Shown here piece by piece: positions 34,418 to 46,568 of a stretch of 64,000 nt of DNA. The stretch comes from Paraspadella gotoi. Its lineage: Eukaryota; Animalia; Chaetognatha. The notes beneath the pieces are model-generated. The model did no database searches. It had not been told where the DNA came from and was given only the letters and a program-made list of their open reading frames with translations. The stretch spans positions 16,825,030 through 16,889,029 of the forward strand of contig CM119269.1 of NCBI GenBank assembly GCA_051294375.1, in the 5' to 3' direction. Every line of letters starts with the position of its first letter. Positions within the stretch are counted from its first letter, which is position 1. A program made the position numbers and the translations under genes.

Positions 34418-37279
34418 AGTATAAGCAAACAACGTCGGATCCGCAAGCGGTATTTTAGATGAGAGAGAGTGAGAATCTTCTCAATACAGAAGTGAAAAGT
34501 ACCTGCAGAAAATTGTTTAATATTTTCTATGCCCGCTAGGTCGAGCGTTCCAGGCGTCGGCCGTCCGAAAGAAAGTTTTAACGTGTGCTAACTGTAGAAT
34601 CCCGCTTTCTCTGACTAAATCTTGAGACACATCTTTAAGAAGCAGAATAAATGTTGGCACTTTTTTCCATCGATGCCCCCTTGCTGCGGCTCCTAAAGCA
34701 GCGGACTCAAAGAGAAAGGAAAGGAGGTTCTTTTTTATATTTAATGATACATCCGAAACAACAGAGGCACAATGACAGAATCAAGTAATGATAACATTTT
34801 AACAAAACGAGGCTGAAGAGAGAGAAAGTGTGAGACAGAGAGAGTCCAGTTGAGTGACACCGAAAATTTATTTTAATCGCCATTTTGCTATTAGAACTAT
34901 AAGTGATATTTGTTAAATTGAATTTATATTCTATGAGTTTAAAAAAAATTATTGTGCAAGAAAAAATGGCAAGAAGAAACGATGGACAGGAAGAGAGACA
35001 GACAGACAGAGAAACACCACGGACATCCTTTTTTATTTCGCTTCACTTTTGAGATTTCGATTTTGTGAAATGATTCAAGTGATTTTTACCGAAAAGGTTT
35101 TGGGGATCTGCGATAAGCAGATCCGACTAAAAAAAAAAATCTCATTGATGTCGATCGATGATGACATCAAGCATTCATGACAATAGAAGACAATAATGGA
35201 GAAGCAGTCGACGTCGGGCCTTTGTCATTGACCTCTGGGCTCGATCAGTCCCAAGGTCTTTTGTCGCGCGTGAGAACAAAGACGAAAAAGAAAAGAAGGC
35301 CAGAACCCGAAGGATATCGACGATGAAGATGATGATGATTATGATGACAACGACGACAACGACGACGATGACGACGACGACACTTATTTGGGTGCGAATA
35401 TTTCGACCTTGTCCTTGACGACCAAAAAAGAAGACTAAGTCGACGACGACGACGACGACGAAAGACTTGGAAACTCTGGCTTCGGGATATTCGCTTTGAA
35501 AGCTTTGAATTTTTGAACGTTGCTGGCGCCACGAGAAAAAAAAGAGAGCGAGACTGCGTGCGAAGCGTATTCGGCTGTGTGGGTCGACATCGAGGGGAAT
35601 ATGGATGAGGGGAATTCGTCTCTTTTTAGATTGTGGGGATTATGAAGAGAAAATTCGGTGGGTAAAATCGAAAGAATGTTTACGAGTGTGGTCTGGAACG
35701 TGGTCTGGAATGTGGAAAAGGACCATGTTTGGAAACGGGTCTGTGGTTGTATTAGTTTGCTAGACGCGAGGGGTGAGTCACTATTGGGTGAGTCAGGATG
35801 TGTTCGGGCTTCGAGATTCGGTGAAATATTAATAGAAAATTGGTGAGAAAGCGAAGCAATTTCCTTCGCTTCCATCTCCACCCTGCATCCTCCAGCATCC
35901 ACAATATGTACACTGTACATCATCCTCCATTCCCAGTCCACCATCCACCCTCCACCCACCCACCACCATCTCTCAAGAGAAAACGAGAAAAAAAAAAAAA
36001 GAGTCTTGAGATCAATGAGATTCTGCTTTGGAGTTTCTTTCTCTTAATGAGGAGGTTGAATGAAAAAATGAATATAAGTCGGGGAAGGATGGTGGTTGAT
36101 TGATGGCTGATTGATTGATTGAGTGATTGATTGATTGATTACTTGCTTCGGATGTGGAGAACTTCAATAAGGTAGAGGTTGTAATTTGAAAAAAGGCAGT
36201 TTTCACTGTTCATCGCGGATGTACTGTCATGTCATGCCATGTGATGTTATATGTAAACTACAAATTGTACATCGTTGAATAGTATGGAATAGCGAGAGGG
36301 GTCATTAAAATTGTTTGAGAAAAAAAATTATTTAAAAGATGAAAGCGATTGTAAAAAATCCCGATTGTGAATACTGATAGAAGTTGAGAAAGTAATACAA
36401 CCATATTTTTTTGTCTTTTTTCTTGTTTTTGCTTTCTTTCTCTCTTTTTTTTTTATAACAAACTCTAGATGTCGCTCGTCTTTTGTTTACCTCGTCTTCT
36501 CAAACTTCTGTTCTCAAAGAAGACAAAATGAAATTGAATTCTCCCGGGATACAGTAATTGATTTCCGCCTCGTAAGCATCGTCTTCATTGATGTTATTTC
36601 GTTGTCGTTTGAGATGTTAGGTTTCAGGCCGTCGTGAAGACCGTCAGAGCCGTTTTCAAACCCATCGGGTGACTCGATCGGAAAATCTTCGGCGAAGCGG
36701 ATGGTCTGTCAAGAATCAAGATGTTCCCTGGATCCAGAGGGTCACTCATAGGTCGGCATTAAAGCGTAGTAAAAATTCTAAATTTAACTTAATTTAAAAT
36801 TTTAAAAGTGAGGAATGAACAACATTAATGTATAAAAAAATTTATTCTAAATTTTGAAATTTACGCAGTAGGCTATATTTATATGTAGTACTAACCCTAT
36901 AAATGATAAAAATTCAAAGTGGTTTTTTGTGAGATATTTTTATAGACTTAAAAATGCAAGTAGCAACATATATATTCACGTTTAAATTCGTAATTCTAAG
37001 GGAAACGCGAAAGTAAATAAAGTATTATAAACTATAATAAAGGAAGGAGCGCAAAATGGAACGAAGAAAATCGTCACGTGAGGAAGACGGCATCGACGAC
37101 GACAATAACGACGCCGGTAAAGACGATCAAAACGACGACGACGACGACAACGACAAGGAAGACGACGCCAAAATTTATGGAGGCTTGTTACGCTTTACTC
37201 GTGCTGTGCGGGATTGGCAAGGAGACGAGGAGAGAAATCGCGTTGCCTCGTCTTACATTTAAGTAATTCGTTCGCCACG

Positions 37280-37341
<62 letters not shown>

Positions 37342-37344
37342 TCT

Positions 37345-37376
<32 letters not shown>

Positions 37377-37549
37377 TCTCTCTCCCTTCGCGCTTATCCC
37401 CAATTGTTGGTGGTGGCAAAAATTCCATATTAAGAGCGGCGCGTTGGCTTATGGCCTCTTTCGGGCTCCGGAATAACGAACAAAAGATTTTTTTTCTTTC
37501 GTTGCTTGTCTCAGCGAAAAAAATCTTTAACTTCGTCGAAGAAGATGAG

Positions 37550-37584
<35 letters not shown>

Positions 37585-37990
37585 TAACTTGGACGAAAAA
37601 TGCGACAAAGACTGTGACCAACACTTCGACAAAAATATTTGACTAAAACTGGGACAAAGCTTGCGATGAAGAATGTGCCAAAGTCTGCTACATAAAATGT
37701 GACAAAAACTGCAACAAATAGGCAGCTATTTATAATAATGTATAAATATATAATAAAGACTGCGATGAAGGCTACAAAATAACATTTATACATAAACGAC
37801 CGCGATTAAAAAAAACAGCAACAAAGACTAACAAAAAAGACTTATTTGCACAATGCTACAAAGACTGCGATGAAGATTTAGAGTATAACTGAGAAAAAGA
37901 TTGCAACGATGACTTTGTCAAAGACTGTGTCAAAGATGATGACGAAGACTCTTGCGAATATTACGACAACTCCGACAAAGCCGACAACTC
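37585..37990 (+). repeat. Decayed 12-bp periodic repeat, consensus ~TGYGACAAAGAC (C-D-K-D); mirror at ~25300-25720
   Basis: Recurrent units tgcgacaaagac, tgtgacaaaaac, tgcgatgaagaa, aaagactgcgatgaag (twice) and tgtgtcaaagat. Piecewise translations give CDKDCDQH, CDEECAKVCYIKCDKNCNK, CYKDCDED and CNDDFVKDCVKD, broken by stops and indels. Confidence 0.7.
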
Positions 37991-39059
37991 AAGCGACGCC
38001 CGCGGGAAGGCGCGGTTAAAGCCTTCGCTAACGACCTCCTAGTTTTTATGCTAAAAACTTTTCTTATGACATGCGACTGAGTTCGACAGCGAAATAGATT
38101 CCTACATAAGTCAACATTGCTGATGAACGTAATATTCGGGGGTTTTTTTTTTGGTTTTTTTCTTGCGGTCATTGGTCCGATTACCCGGAAAATCAATACT
38201 CGCATGATGGCGCCCGAAGGTTGAACCAGGACAAACAGGGTCTGGGCCCCGCCCTTTTTTTTAGATTTCCCGCCACCATCGCTTTCTTGCTTGCTCGATT
38301 CCCCTCGCGTGCTTATTTTACTCATCGTTTCTTTCGCTGATTTTCCTCTGCCCCCTATTCTACGCCTTTTCCTCAGCGTTTGCAGCTCTGCTCCTCACTC
38401 TTTGCCCCATCACACTCACCTCTTTCCCACTCTCGTTTTCTTCCCGCTTCATATTAATAACTATCATATTAGTGAATACTAATCTATAGTTATTTTTTTT
38501 ATAAATATAATAGCCCAGTCAGTTTATTTTGTATTTAGTACTACCCTTATATAATGTCAAAATTTTGAAATAGTTTTTTTTTTTTAATTCTGAGAACAGA
38601 TTCAGATTCCTCATAAAAGTTGATAAAAGAAAATATAAATATTTTTTAAAAATTATGTCATTAAGTAGGTTAAAATTAAAAAAAACTATATGTTTAAGCT
38701 GGAAATTGAAAATTGGCGTCTTTTTTATATAGGTTTTTACATTTTTAACCAACTTAATGAAATAATTTTTTAAAAAGAATTATACTTTTTGCAAAGAATC
38801 CAAATCCGCTCTTAAAATTTAAAAATTTGCATTTTGAAATTTTAGTTTATTATATACTCATTACTACATATAATTATAGCTCACTGGTGCCCACTTATGT
38901 ATAAAATTAACAAATAAATTTACCAAAGTATTTTTATTGGTTTTTATTTTCATGTTTTACATGCTAAATTTTAATTTTATAAAATTTTATTATTTTCACA
39001 TCACTCTACTCCCCACCCCAAGTCCTCGCACGGCCTTCTCCCATCTCAATCTCCTCTCT

Positions 39060-39380
39060 CCCCCTCACCGCGTTACACGCTACGCGCCCCATCCCGTCGC
39101 TTCTCTCCCGCGCACCGCGCTCCGCGCTACGCGCCCCATCCCATTCGCCTCCGCACCCGTTTTGTCTCGTTCTCCGCCCAAGAAAGATGATTCTCTACGA
39201 AACAATCTCGAAGAATTTCGCATCGTGGGCGAAAGAAGTTGGGAGGCCTTTATAGCCGCAGACTGCGTTGCGCAGTGGGCGGCAGTGCGGACGGGGGACG
39301 GGCAGCAGTGCGGGCGCGGGGCGGGCAGCATTGCGGGGCCGCAGTGGGCGGGCGGCTGAACTGGCGTCTGCGTGGGCGGA
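39060..39380. promoter_or_regulatory. CpG/GC-box-rich island
   Basis: Several GGGCGG motifs, repeated GCAGTG, and an 18-bp direct repeat cgctacgcgccccatccc (39078, 39125) in AT-rich surroundings. Confidence 0.3.
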
Positions 39381-39589
39381 ATATTTTTTTACAGTTTTAA
39401 CTCGGACGAATCGTCGTTTAAATGGAAGCTTTCATTAGTTTTTTTTTTTTCCTTAATCATTTCTATGTAGTACATAAGGCTGTTTGTTTGATGTTATACA
39501 GATAGAAAAAACCGCATATCTGTTTGTTATTGCATCATTTTTCAATCAGTCGCCTCATTGGCAAACGATTTCAGCCCCTCTTATTGCAG

Positions 39590-39925
39590 CTTTTGTAAGA
39601 GCGACGGTAGCAGCAGTACAAGTTATCTCCCGCAATTTTAACTCTCATGCGACTGGTACTAACATCGCCGTTTCCGACGCCAAACGCATTCCTTCCTACG
39701 TCGCCGCCGCCATCGCCGCCGCCATCGCCGCCGGCGGCGGATTCCCGTCACCGCCAACGTCGAACGCAGCAAAAATCCTGGAAGAGAACGCCGCTGGCAT
39801 TTGTGATGGTCGTTGGCGGAGAAGCCGACCCCGCAGGGACCAAACTGCCAATGCTTGGAATCATAATCTTTTATGCCCACCATTTCTTCCTAGACTTTCG
39901 ATCACAGCTGTAAGAGACTGTGACT
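39590..39925 (+). CDS. Candidate exon, unknown product
   Basis: Acceptor-like cctcttattgcAG at ~39589, then a GC-rich segment open in two + frames (SYVAAAIAAAIAAGGGFPSPP or PTSPPPSPPPSPP). It follows a GC-box-rich island. No homology recognised. Confidence 0.2.
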
Positions 39926-39963
39926 GGTTCTCTCTCTCTCTTCTCTCCTCTCTCTCTCTCTCT

Positions 39964-40033
<70 letters not shown>

Positions 40034-41538
40034 GTCTCGTTTCGTTATTTTATCATTTAATCGTGTTTTCCCGCTGTTTTTATACAATTTTTCCTTGTAA
40101 ATTTCAGGCTTTATTTCCACAAGGCGACTCGAACAGTTTTCTTTATCATATCCCGTCCCCCAAACTTTTCGTCCGGTCTAGAGATTCAGTTTCGCTTATC
40201 TCGACTTTGTTCTCTTGCCTTCCCCCCCCCTCCGCCCCCCCAACGACCTCTGGCAATCCCTTTTTCGGTTTCTTTATCTCTTGTCTTTCTTCGGTGTTTG
40301 CTTTCCACATTTTCACTTATCTTGAGTTTCTTTATATCATCAATTTCGATATTTTCCTACGGTATCCAGCCCGTAATTTTTTTTTTCCTCAAGTTATTTT
40401 TATATTTTTGCTGCAATTTTTTAAATTCCGTTTATCCCCATCACCCCATCTCCCTATAGTCTCTTCCCCCCCTTAAAACAGCCTTCATTTATTAGTTTTT
40501 CATTTTTTCAATAACATTACCCATATTTTTTTATTTTATTTACAATTCTTCCCGCACGCCTCGTACTTTTCCCATTTTTTTCCCCCATTTCTCATTTTTC
40601 TTTTACTCTTTATATTTTCTCCGTTTCTCCATTCTCATTCCCCAAAGTATTCTCGCTAATTGATATCCTCACCCTCGTCGTTCTCTCTCTCTCTTTCTCT
40701 CCTGAGACTTTCTCCCTTTTCTTCGGCCGCTTTATGTATCTTCTTCTTTTTTCTCCTTCTCCTTCTCCTTCTCTACTTCTCCTTCTTCTATTACTTTTTC
40801 TCTTTAAATCTCAATATCTGATCACAAAAAAAACCGGTCGTCATCCCTCCAACATTTCTCTCTTCCTTTTTATCTTCTCCCCTCCCACCCGCTTTTTCTT
40901 CCACCATCATCCCACACAAGTCTAATTTTCTCTCCACACATTTCCTCGACTTTTCTCGATCCCTTTTCCTCCTTATCTTTAATTATCTCTTTTCAATTCA
41001 CCCAAGATCATTCCTTTTTCTCTCGCTCTCTCTCTCGCTCTCTCCTTTCCTTTGTTTTCTCTTCTTTCTCGTTCCCCTCAATACAACTACGCAGTATCCT
41101 CTCTCTCTCTCTCTTACTTCAACTCTTCTTTTCTCCCTTTTTCTCTCTCTCTCTCGCTCTCTCGCTCTTTTCTCTCTCGGGACGGTCCTCGAACCGGGGC
41201 CCGCCCAGGGAGGCTTATGTTTTTCTTAGATTTTGCATAAAACGAGAGAGGGAGTGAAAATTTGCATAAAGAAACAGAAGCTTTAAGGTTTCAAGTTATG
41301 GGTTTTTCCAGCCTTTGTTTCGGCTCCACTATCGAACGACGGGTTAGGAATCTCGATGAGATGAGAGTCTGTCTTCGGTTTAGATCTTCGTATTTGTGAT
41401 AAAAAAAATATGATAAAGTACAGAATACTGATAAGGAAAATTTAATAAGACAGGCGGAAACCAGACTTGCTACATATTGCTGTTAATGGAATCGCAATTT
41501 TCCGGTAACGCAGAACGGCTATCCTTAAAAAGATCCAT

Positions 41539-44331
41539 NNNNNNNNNNNNNNNNNNNNNNNNNNNNNNNNNNNNNNNNNNNNNNNNNNNNNNNNNNNNNN
41601 NNNNNNNNNNNNNNNNNNNNNNNNNNNNNNNNNNNNNNNNNNNNNNNNNNNNNNNNNNNNNNNNNNNNNNNNNNNNNNNNNNNNNNNNNNNNNNNNNNNN
41701 NNNNNNNNNNNNNNNNNNNNNNNNNNNNNNNNNNNNNNNNNNNNNNNNNNNNNNNNNNNNNNNNNNNNNNNNNNNNNNNNNNNNNNNNNNNNNNNNNNNN
41801 NNNNNNNNNNNNNNNNNNNNNNNNNNNNNNNNNNNNNNNNNNNNNNNNNNNNNNNNNNNNNNNNNNNNNNNNNNNNNNNNNNNNNNNNNNNNNNNNNNNN
41901 NNNNNNNNNNNNNNNNNNNNNNNNNNNNNNNNNNNNNNNNNNNNNNNNNNNNNNNNNNNNNNNNNNNNNNNNNNNNNNNNNNNNNNNNNNNNNNNNNNNN
42001 NNNNNNNNNNNNNNNNNNNNNNNNNNNNNNNNNNNNNNNNNNNNNNNNNNNNNNNNNNNNNNNNNNNNNNNNNNNNNNNNNNNNNNNNNNNNNNNNNNNN
42101 NNNNNNNNNNNNNNNNNNNNNNNNNNNNNNNNNNNNNNNNNNNNNNNNNNNNNNNNNNNNNNNNNNNNNNNNNNNNNNNNNNNNNNNNNNNNNNNNNNNN
42201 NNNNNNNNNNNNNNNNNNNNNNNNNNNNNNNNNNNNNNNNNNNNNNNNNNNNNNNNGTACGAATGGATTAGCATTTTGGATCTAATCGCCACAACCACCC
42301 AGATTGCCCACCAGATTGCCCACCTGATTGCCGAGTCAAACGATCACCGTCAAGAATCGATTCAAAGGTTTTTTTTTCTCTCATTTTTAAACGGACGCTA
42401 GAGGGACCAGTCTTCAACACTCTGCCCTCGGCATCGAACTCGTCACTCTCTTGTCTCAGAGTCTGCGGCATCCCTGCGCGCCGTCAGCGTCACGGAAAGA
42501 CGGCGCCAACCGTGAATGTTTATTTTTATATTCATTTTTTTTCCTCCCTTTATCTATTTTTTATCGTTTTTGTCGTGAAACATCCGGGACTCGTTCCATC
42601 AAACCGTTTTTCCCCTCTTTTTTCCCGCCATCGCATCGCGACGCTCGTTACGGTCCTCATTTTTTTTGCTGACGCCGAATTTTTCTTGGGATCGGGAGAA
42701 TGATTGGGAGGGAGAGGAGGTGGGGGAAGAGATGGGGAAAGGGTGGAAGTAGGAGAATGATGGGGGGGAGAGGAGGTGGGGGGAAAGATGGGGAAAGGGT
42801 GGAAGGAGGAGAAGGGGGTGGATAGACAAAAAATTGGAGGAACAAACGGGGGGTGCTGCCAAATTCCAGGTTTTTAAACTTTAGCAAATAATCTTAATTT
42901 TTATCAATTTTTTTTTTTCAAACTTTAAGCCCTTCATATTAGTAATATTAAAAGGACAAAGCCACAAACAGGCAGGAAACTTAACCAGTGGCTATGAGAG
43001 GGATTTTCCAAATTAACTTTTCTGTATAATAAAAAAAAGAATAATGAAATTTTGCGGTTAAATTGTAAATATCTTGAAAAAGAGCGACGTTTTCCAAAAT
43101 CCCTCTCATAGAATAATCTCACAGGTAATTTTGCTAAAGCGATTTACAATAATTAGTAATTTATCCAATTTATTTTTTAAAAATTTTCGAAATAAGCGCA
43201 TACATGTATCGAATACAAACTGCAAAATATTTTTCGTTTACTCTCTATCGCGATAATTTCGATACAAAGAAGGATATTTATTGACGCCGAAAAGTGCGCT
43301 GTTGCTCTGTCTCTTTCTCTCTAACTTTTTTCTCCCACTACTTTTTTTTCTTCCAGAATTTCCGCTTTCGTTTGCCCGATTCAACTCGACACCGCAATGA
43401 ATCTATGACTGTTTCAGCTGACCGACGCTGTTCTTCTCACAGTCGCCGAAATCGCATAAGATTCACGTGAAATTAAATTAAAATTTGACAAACTATTTTT
43501 ACCTGTATTTTTTAAAGCTAAACCACATGAAAATATTTGTGTAAAAAGACTTAATTATATATCCTTTTCTGAAAAAGGCCGGAAATTATTTTTCATGTTT
43601 GAAATTAATTTTTCCCCTTTTTTCATTCTTTTTCATATTATTCTCCATGTTTGAAATTTTTATTTTTTGTTTGTTAATAAAGCAAAACATCAACCTGATA
43701 AATTTAGAGTTTGGAAGCAAAAGACAGATATCCGACTTAAATAATATTATATTAATTAGCATTTATTTTAATCCTCAACTCTTTAAGACAACGAAATTAA
43801 AAATTCTTCGGATCCCAGCAGACTTTTCCCCGCAAATAACATTTTGTTTTCTCACCGAGCATATTTGGTCCTTTCACTTTACTTTGCAAATGTCAATCAG
43901 GGACTGAAGAGTAAAAATCGGTGACTAATGACTTTTCTTTCTCCAAACTTCCTTTACTTCTCTCCCGTCCTTCTCCCAACACTCCTTTCCCCAACTCTTA
44001 CCCTTTCTCCCCCCCCCCNNNNNNNNNNNNNNNNNNNNNNNNNNNNNNNNNNNNNNNNNNNNNNNNNNNNNNNNNNNNNNNNNNNNNNNNNNNNNNNNNN
44101 NNNNNNNNNNNNNNNNNNNNNNNNNNNNNNNNNNNNNNNNNNNNNNNNNNNNNNNNNNNNNNNNNNNNNNNNNNNNNNNNNNNNNNNNNNNNNNNNNNNN
44201 NNNNNNNNNNNNNNNNNNNNNNNNNNNNNNNNNNNNNNNNNNNNNNNNNNNNNNNNNNNNNNNNNNNGCGTTTACGCTCGAAAAACATTGAAAAGTTACA
44301 GTCGGAACCCAGACGGCCTCCATCCGGGGAT

Positions 44332-44363
<32 letters not shown>

Positions 44364-45250
44364 TAACGATTAATCAAATGACGGTAGCGACCGTATAATG
44401 ACAATGATGACGGTGATGACGAATATGAAACTAACAATGATAACCATCATATCGTCATGACAACCAAAAGGATTTTTTTTCAAAGTCTATGGTAATATTA
44501 ACGATCTTATTATTAAANNNNNNNNNNNNNNNNNNNNNNNNNNNNNNNNNNNNNNNNNNNNNNNNNNNNNNNNNNNNNNNNNNNNNNNNNNNNNNNNNNN
44601 NNNNNNNNNNNNNNNNNNNNNNNNNNNNNNNNNNNNNNNNNNNNNNNNNNNNNNNNNNNNNNNNNNNNNNNNNNNNNNNNNNNNNNNNNNNNNNNNNNNN
44701 NNNNNNNNNNNNNNNNNNNNNNNNNNNNNNNNNNNNNNNNNNNNNNNNNNNNNNNNNNNNNNNNNNNNNNNNNNNNNNNNNNNNNNNNNNNNNNNNNNNN
44801 NNNNNNNNNNNNNNNNNNNNNNNNNNNNNNNNNNNNNNNNNNNNNNNNNNNNNNNNNNNNNNNNNNNNNNNNNNNNNNNNNNNNNNNNNNNNNNNNNNNN
44901 NNNNNNNNNNNNNNNNNNNNNNNNNNNNNNNNNNNNNNNNNNNNNNNNNNNNNNNNNNNNNNNNNNNNNNNNNNNNNNNNNNNNNNNNNNNNNNNNNNNN
45001 NNNNNNNNNNNNNNNNNNNNNNNNNNNNNNNNNNNNNNNNNNNNNNNNNNNNNNNNNNNNNNNNNNNNNNNNNNNNNNNNNNNNNNNNNNNNNNNNNNNN
45101 NNNNNNNNNNNNNNNNNNNNNNNNNNNNNNNNNNNNNNNNNNNNNNNNNNNNNNNNNNNNNNNNNNNNNNNNNNNNNNNNNNNNNNNNNNNNNNNNNNNN
45201 NNNNNNNNNNNNNNNNNNNNNNNNNNNNNNNNNNNNNNNNNNNNNNNNNN
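41539..45250. other. Cluster of sized scaffold gaps (41539-42256, 44019-44267, 44518-45250). Other gaps: 46-70, 4358-4382, 4769-4981, 32017-32041, 53204-53228, 53357-53381, 63173-63182
   Basis: N runs read directly; five of them are exactly 25 N. Confidence 1.
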
Positions 45251-46217
45251 NAAAAAGAGTAAGACCGAGAAAGAGAGAGAGGGGGGATAGAAAAAAAAAG
45301 CCAGACAAAGCAGCAAGAAAATACAAAAGACGTGAAAGGAACGAAGAGAAAGAGTGGTAGATTGAATGGAGTCCAGAAGCGGCGAAGGAGAAGCCTCTAA
45401 TCTTGGATCCCAGACGTCAACTTTCAAGATGAGAAAAAAAAAAATTCCGTCTTTTTAAAGTCGATCAGTTTTTTTCTTTCTTTCTTTATTCAGGATGATC
45501 GGCCGGGGGTGAAGGAGAAATCGTCATCCGCATTATCGGATCTCGTTGCATCGTTATATTTTGTGTTTGAATTTTTTTTTAATTTAAAGTTTTATCGTAA
45601 TAATGTTATTCGTTTAAAATTATATTTTAATAGAAAAGTAATATTTATTAATTAAAGTAAAGTTTTAATATGTTATAATTTATTTTTTTTATTATGTACA
45701 TATATATATAATAAAATAATTTTATAAAATTTCAGTATTGTTAAGAATTTAATCATAAATTATTTATATCTATAAAGTTTATTTATTAAAATTTTAAATA
45801 GTTGTAATAAAAATAACTATTTATTAATTTTTTCTTATTATTTTTATCTCAAAACAAGTTTAATATTTTTAAATAAAATTATCTTTTAGGTATTATTTTT
45901 CATAATTATTTATATTTTATATTTTTTGAATATTAATCATATTAATATTAATTATTATCAATAAACATCAATTAAAATTAATTAAACATTTTAAAAATTA
46001 TAATTTCAGATTTAAAATATAAATATTCTGAAACTTTTGTTATTCTCGTGTGCGACCACTGGTTTCTATCTCTCTCCACTTTCAAACCGTCAACAACTCA
46101 CGATGATGAGATCGAGAAATTCTCTTTTGAGATCCGTCGCTCACCATAGAAATTAGAATCGACGAGAATCACGGATTCAATCGACCGAAGATCGAAACCC
46201 ATGACAAAATAAACGAG

Positions 46218-46253
<36 letters not shown>

Positions 46254-46500
46254 TCTCTCTCTTTTTATCTCTCTCGTCTCTCTCTCTTCTCTCTAATACT
46301 CCGTCCCATCATCTCCATCTACATCATCTCCTCCATCTCTCTCTCCTTTCCACTTCGAACTGACGTCTTTTGGCTTCAAGAATAATCTTTCTTTTTTTAA
46401 ATGAAAGAGCCTTGGTCTTGTGAAGTGGTGAAATCGGACGAGAAAGTGTTTGAGGTTTTATGACACGGCTAGAGAGAGAGAGAGACGAGAGAGAGAGAGT

Positions 46501-46568
<68 letters not shown>

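Larger units (their letters stand above)
32042..38490 (-). repeat. Right arm of the large inverted duplication (degraded similarity extends to ~38990)
   Basis: Starts immediately after the 25-N gap at 32017-32041 and mirrors 24800-31500 throughout, differing mostly by small indels. Confidence 0.95.

Noticed and set aside
41477-45427. Long ORFs of 150-304 aa
   Set aside because: They consist almost entirely of X residues from N gaps.
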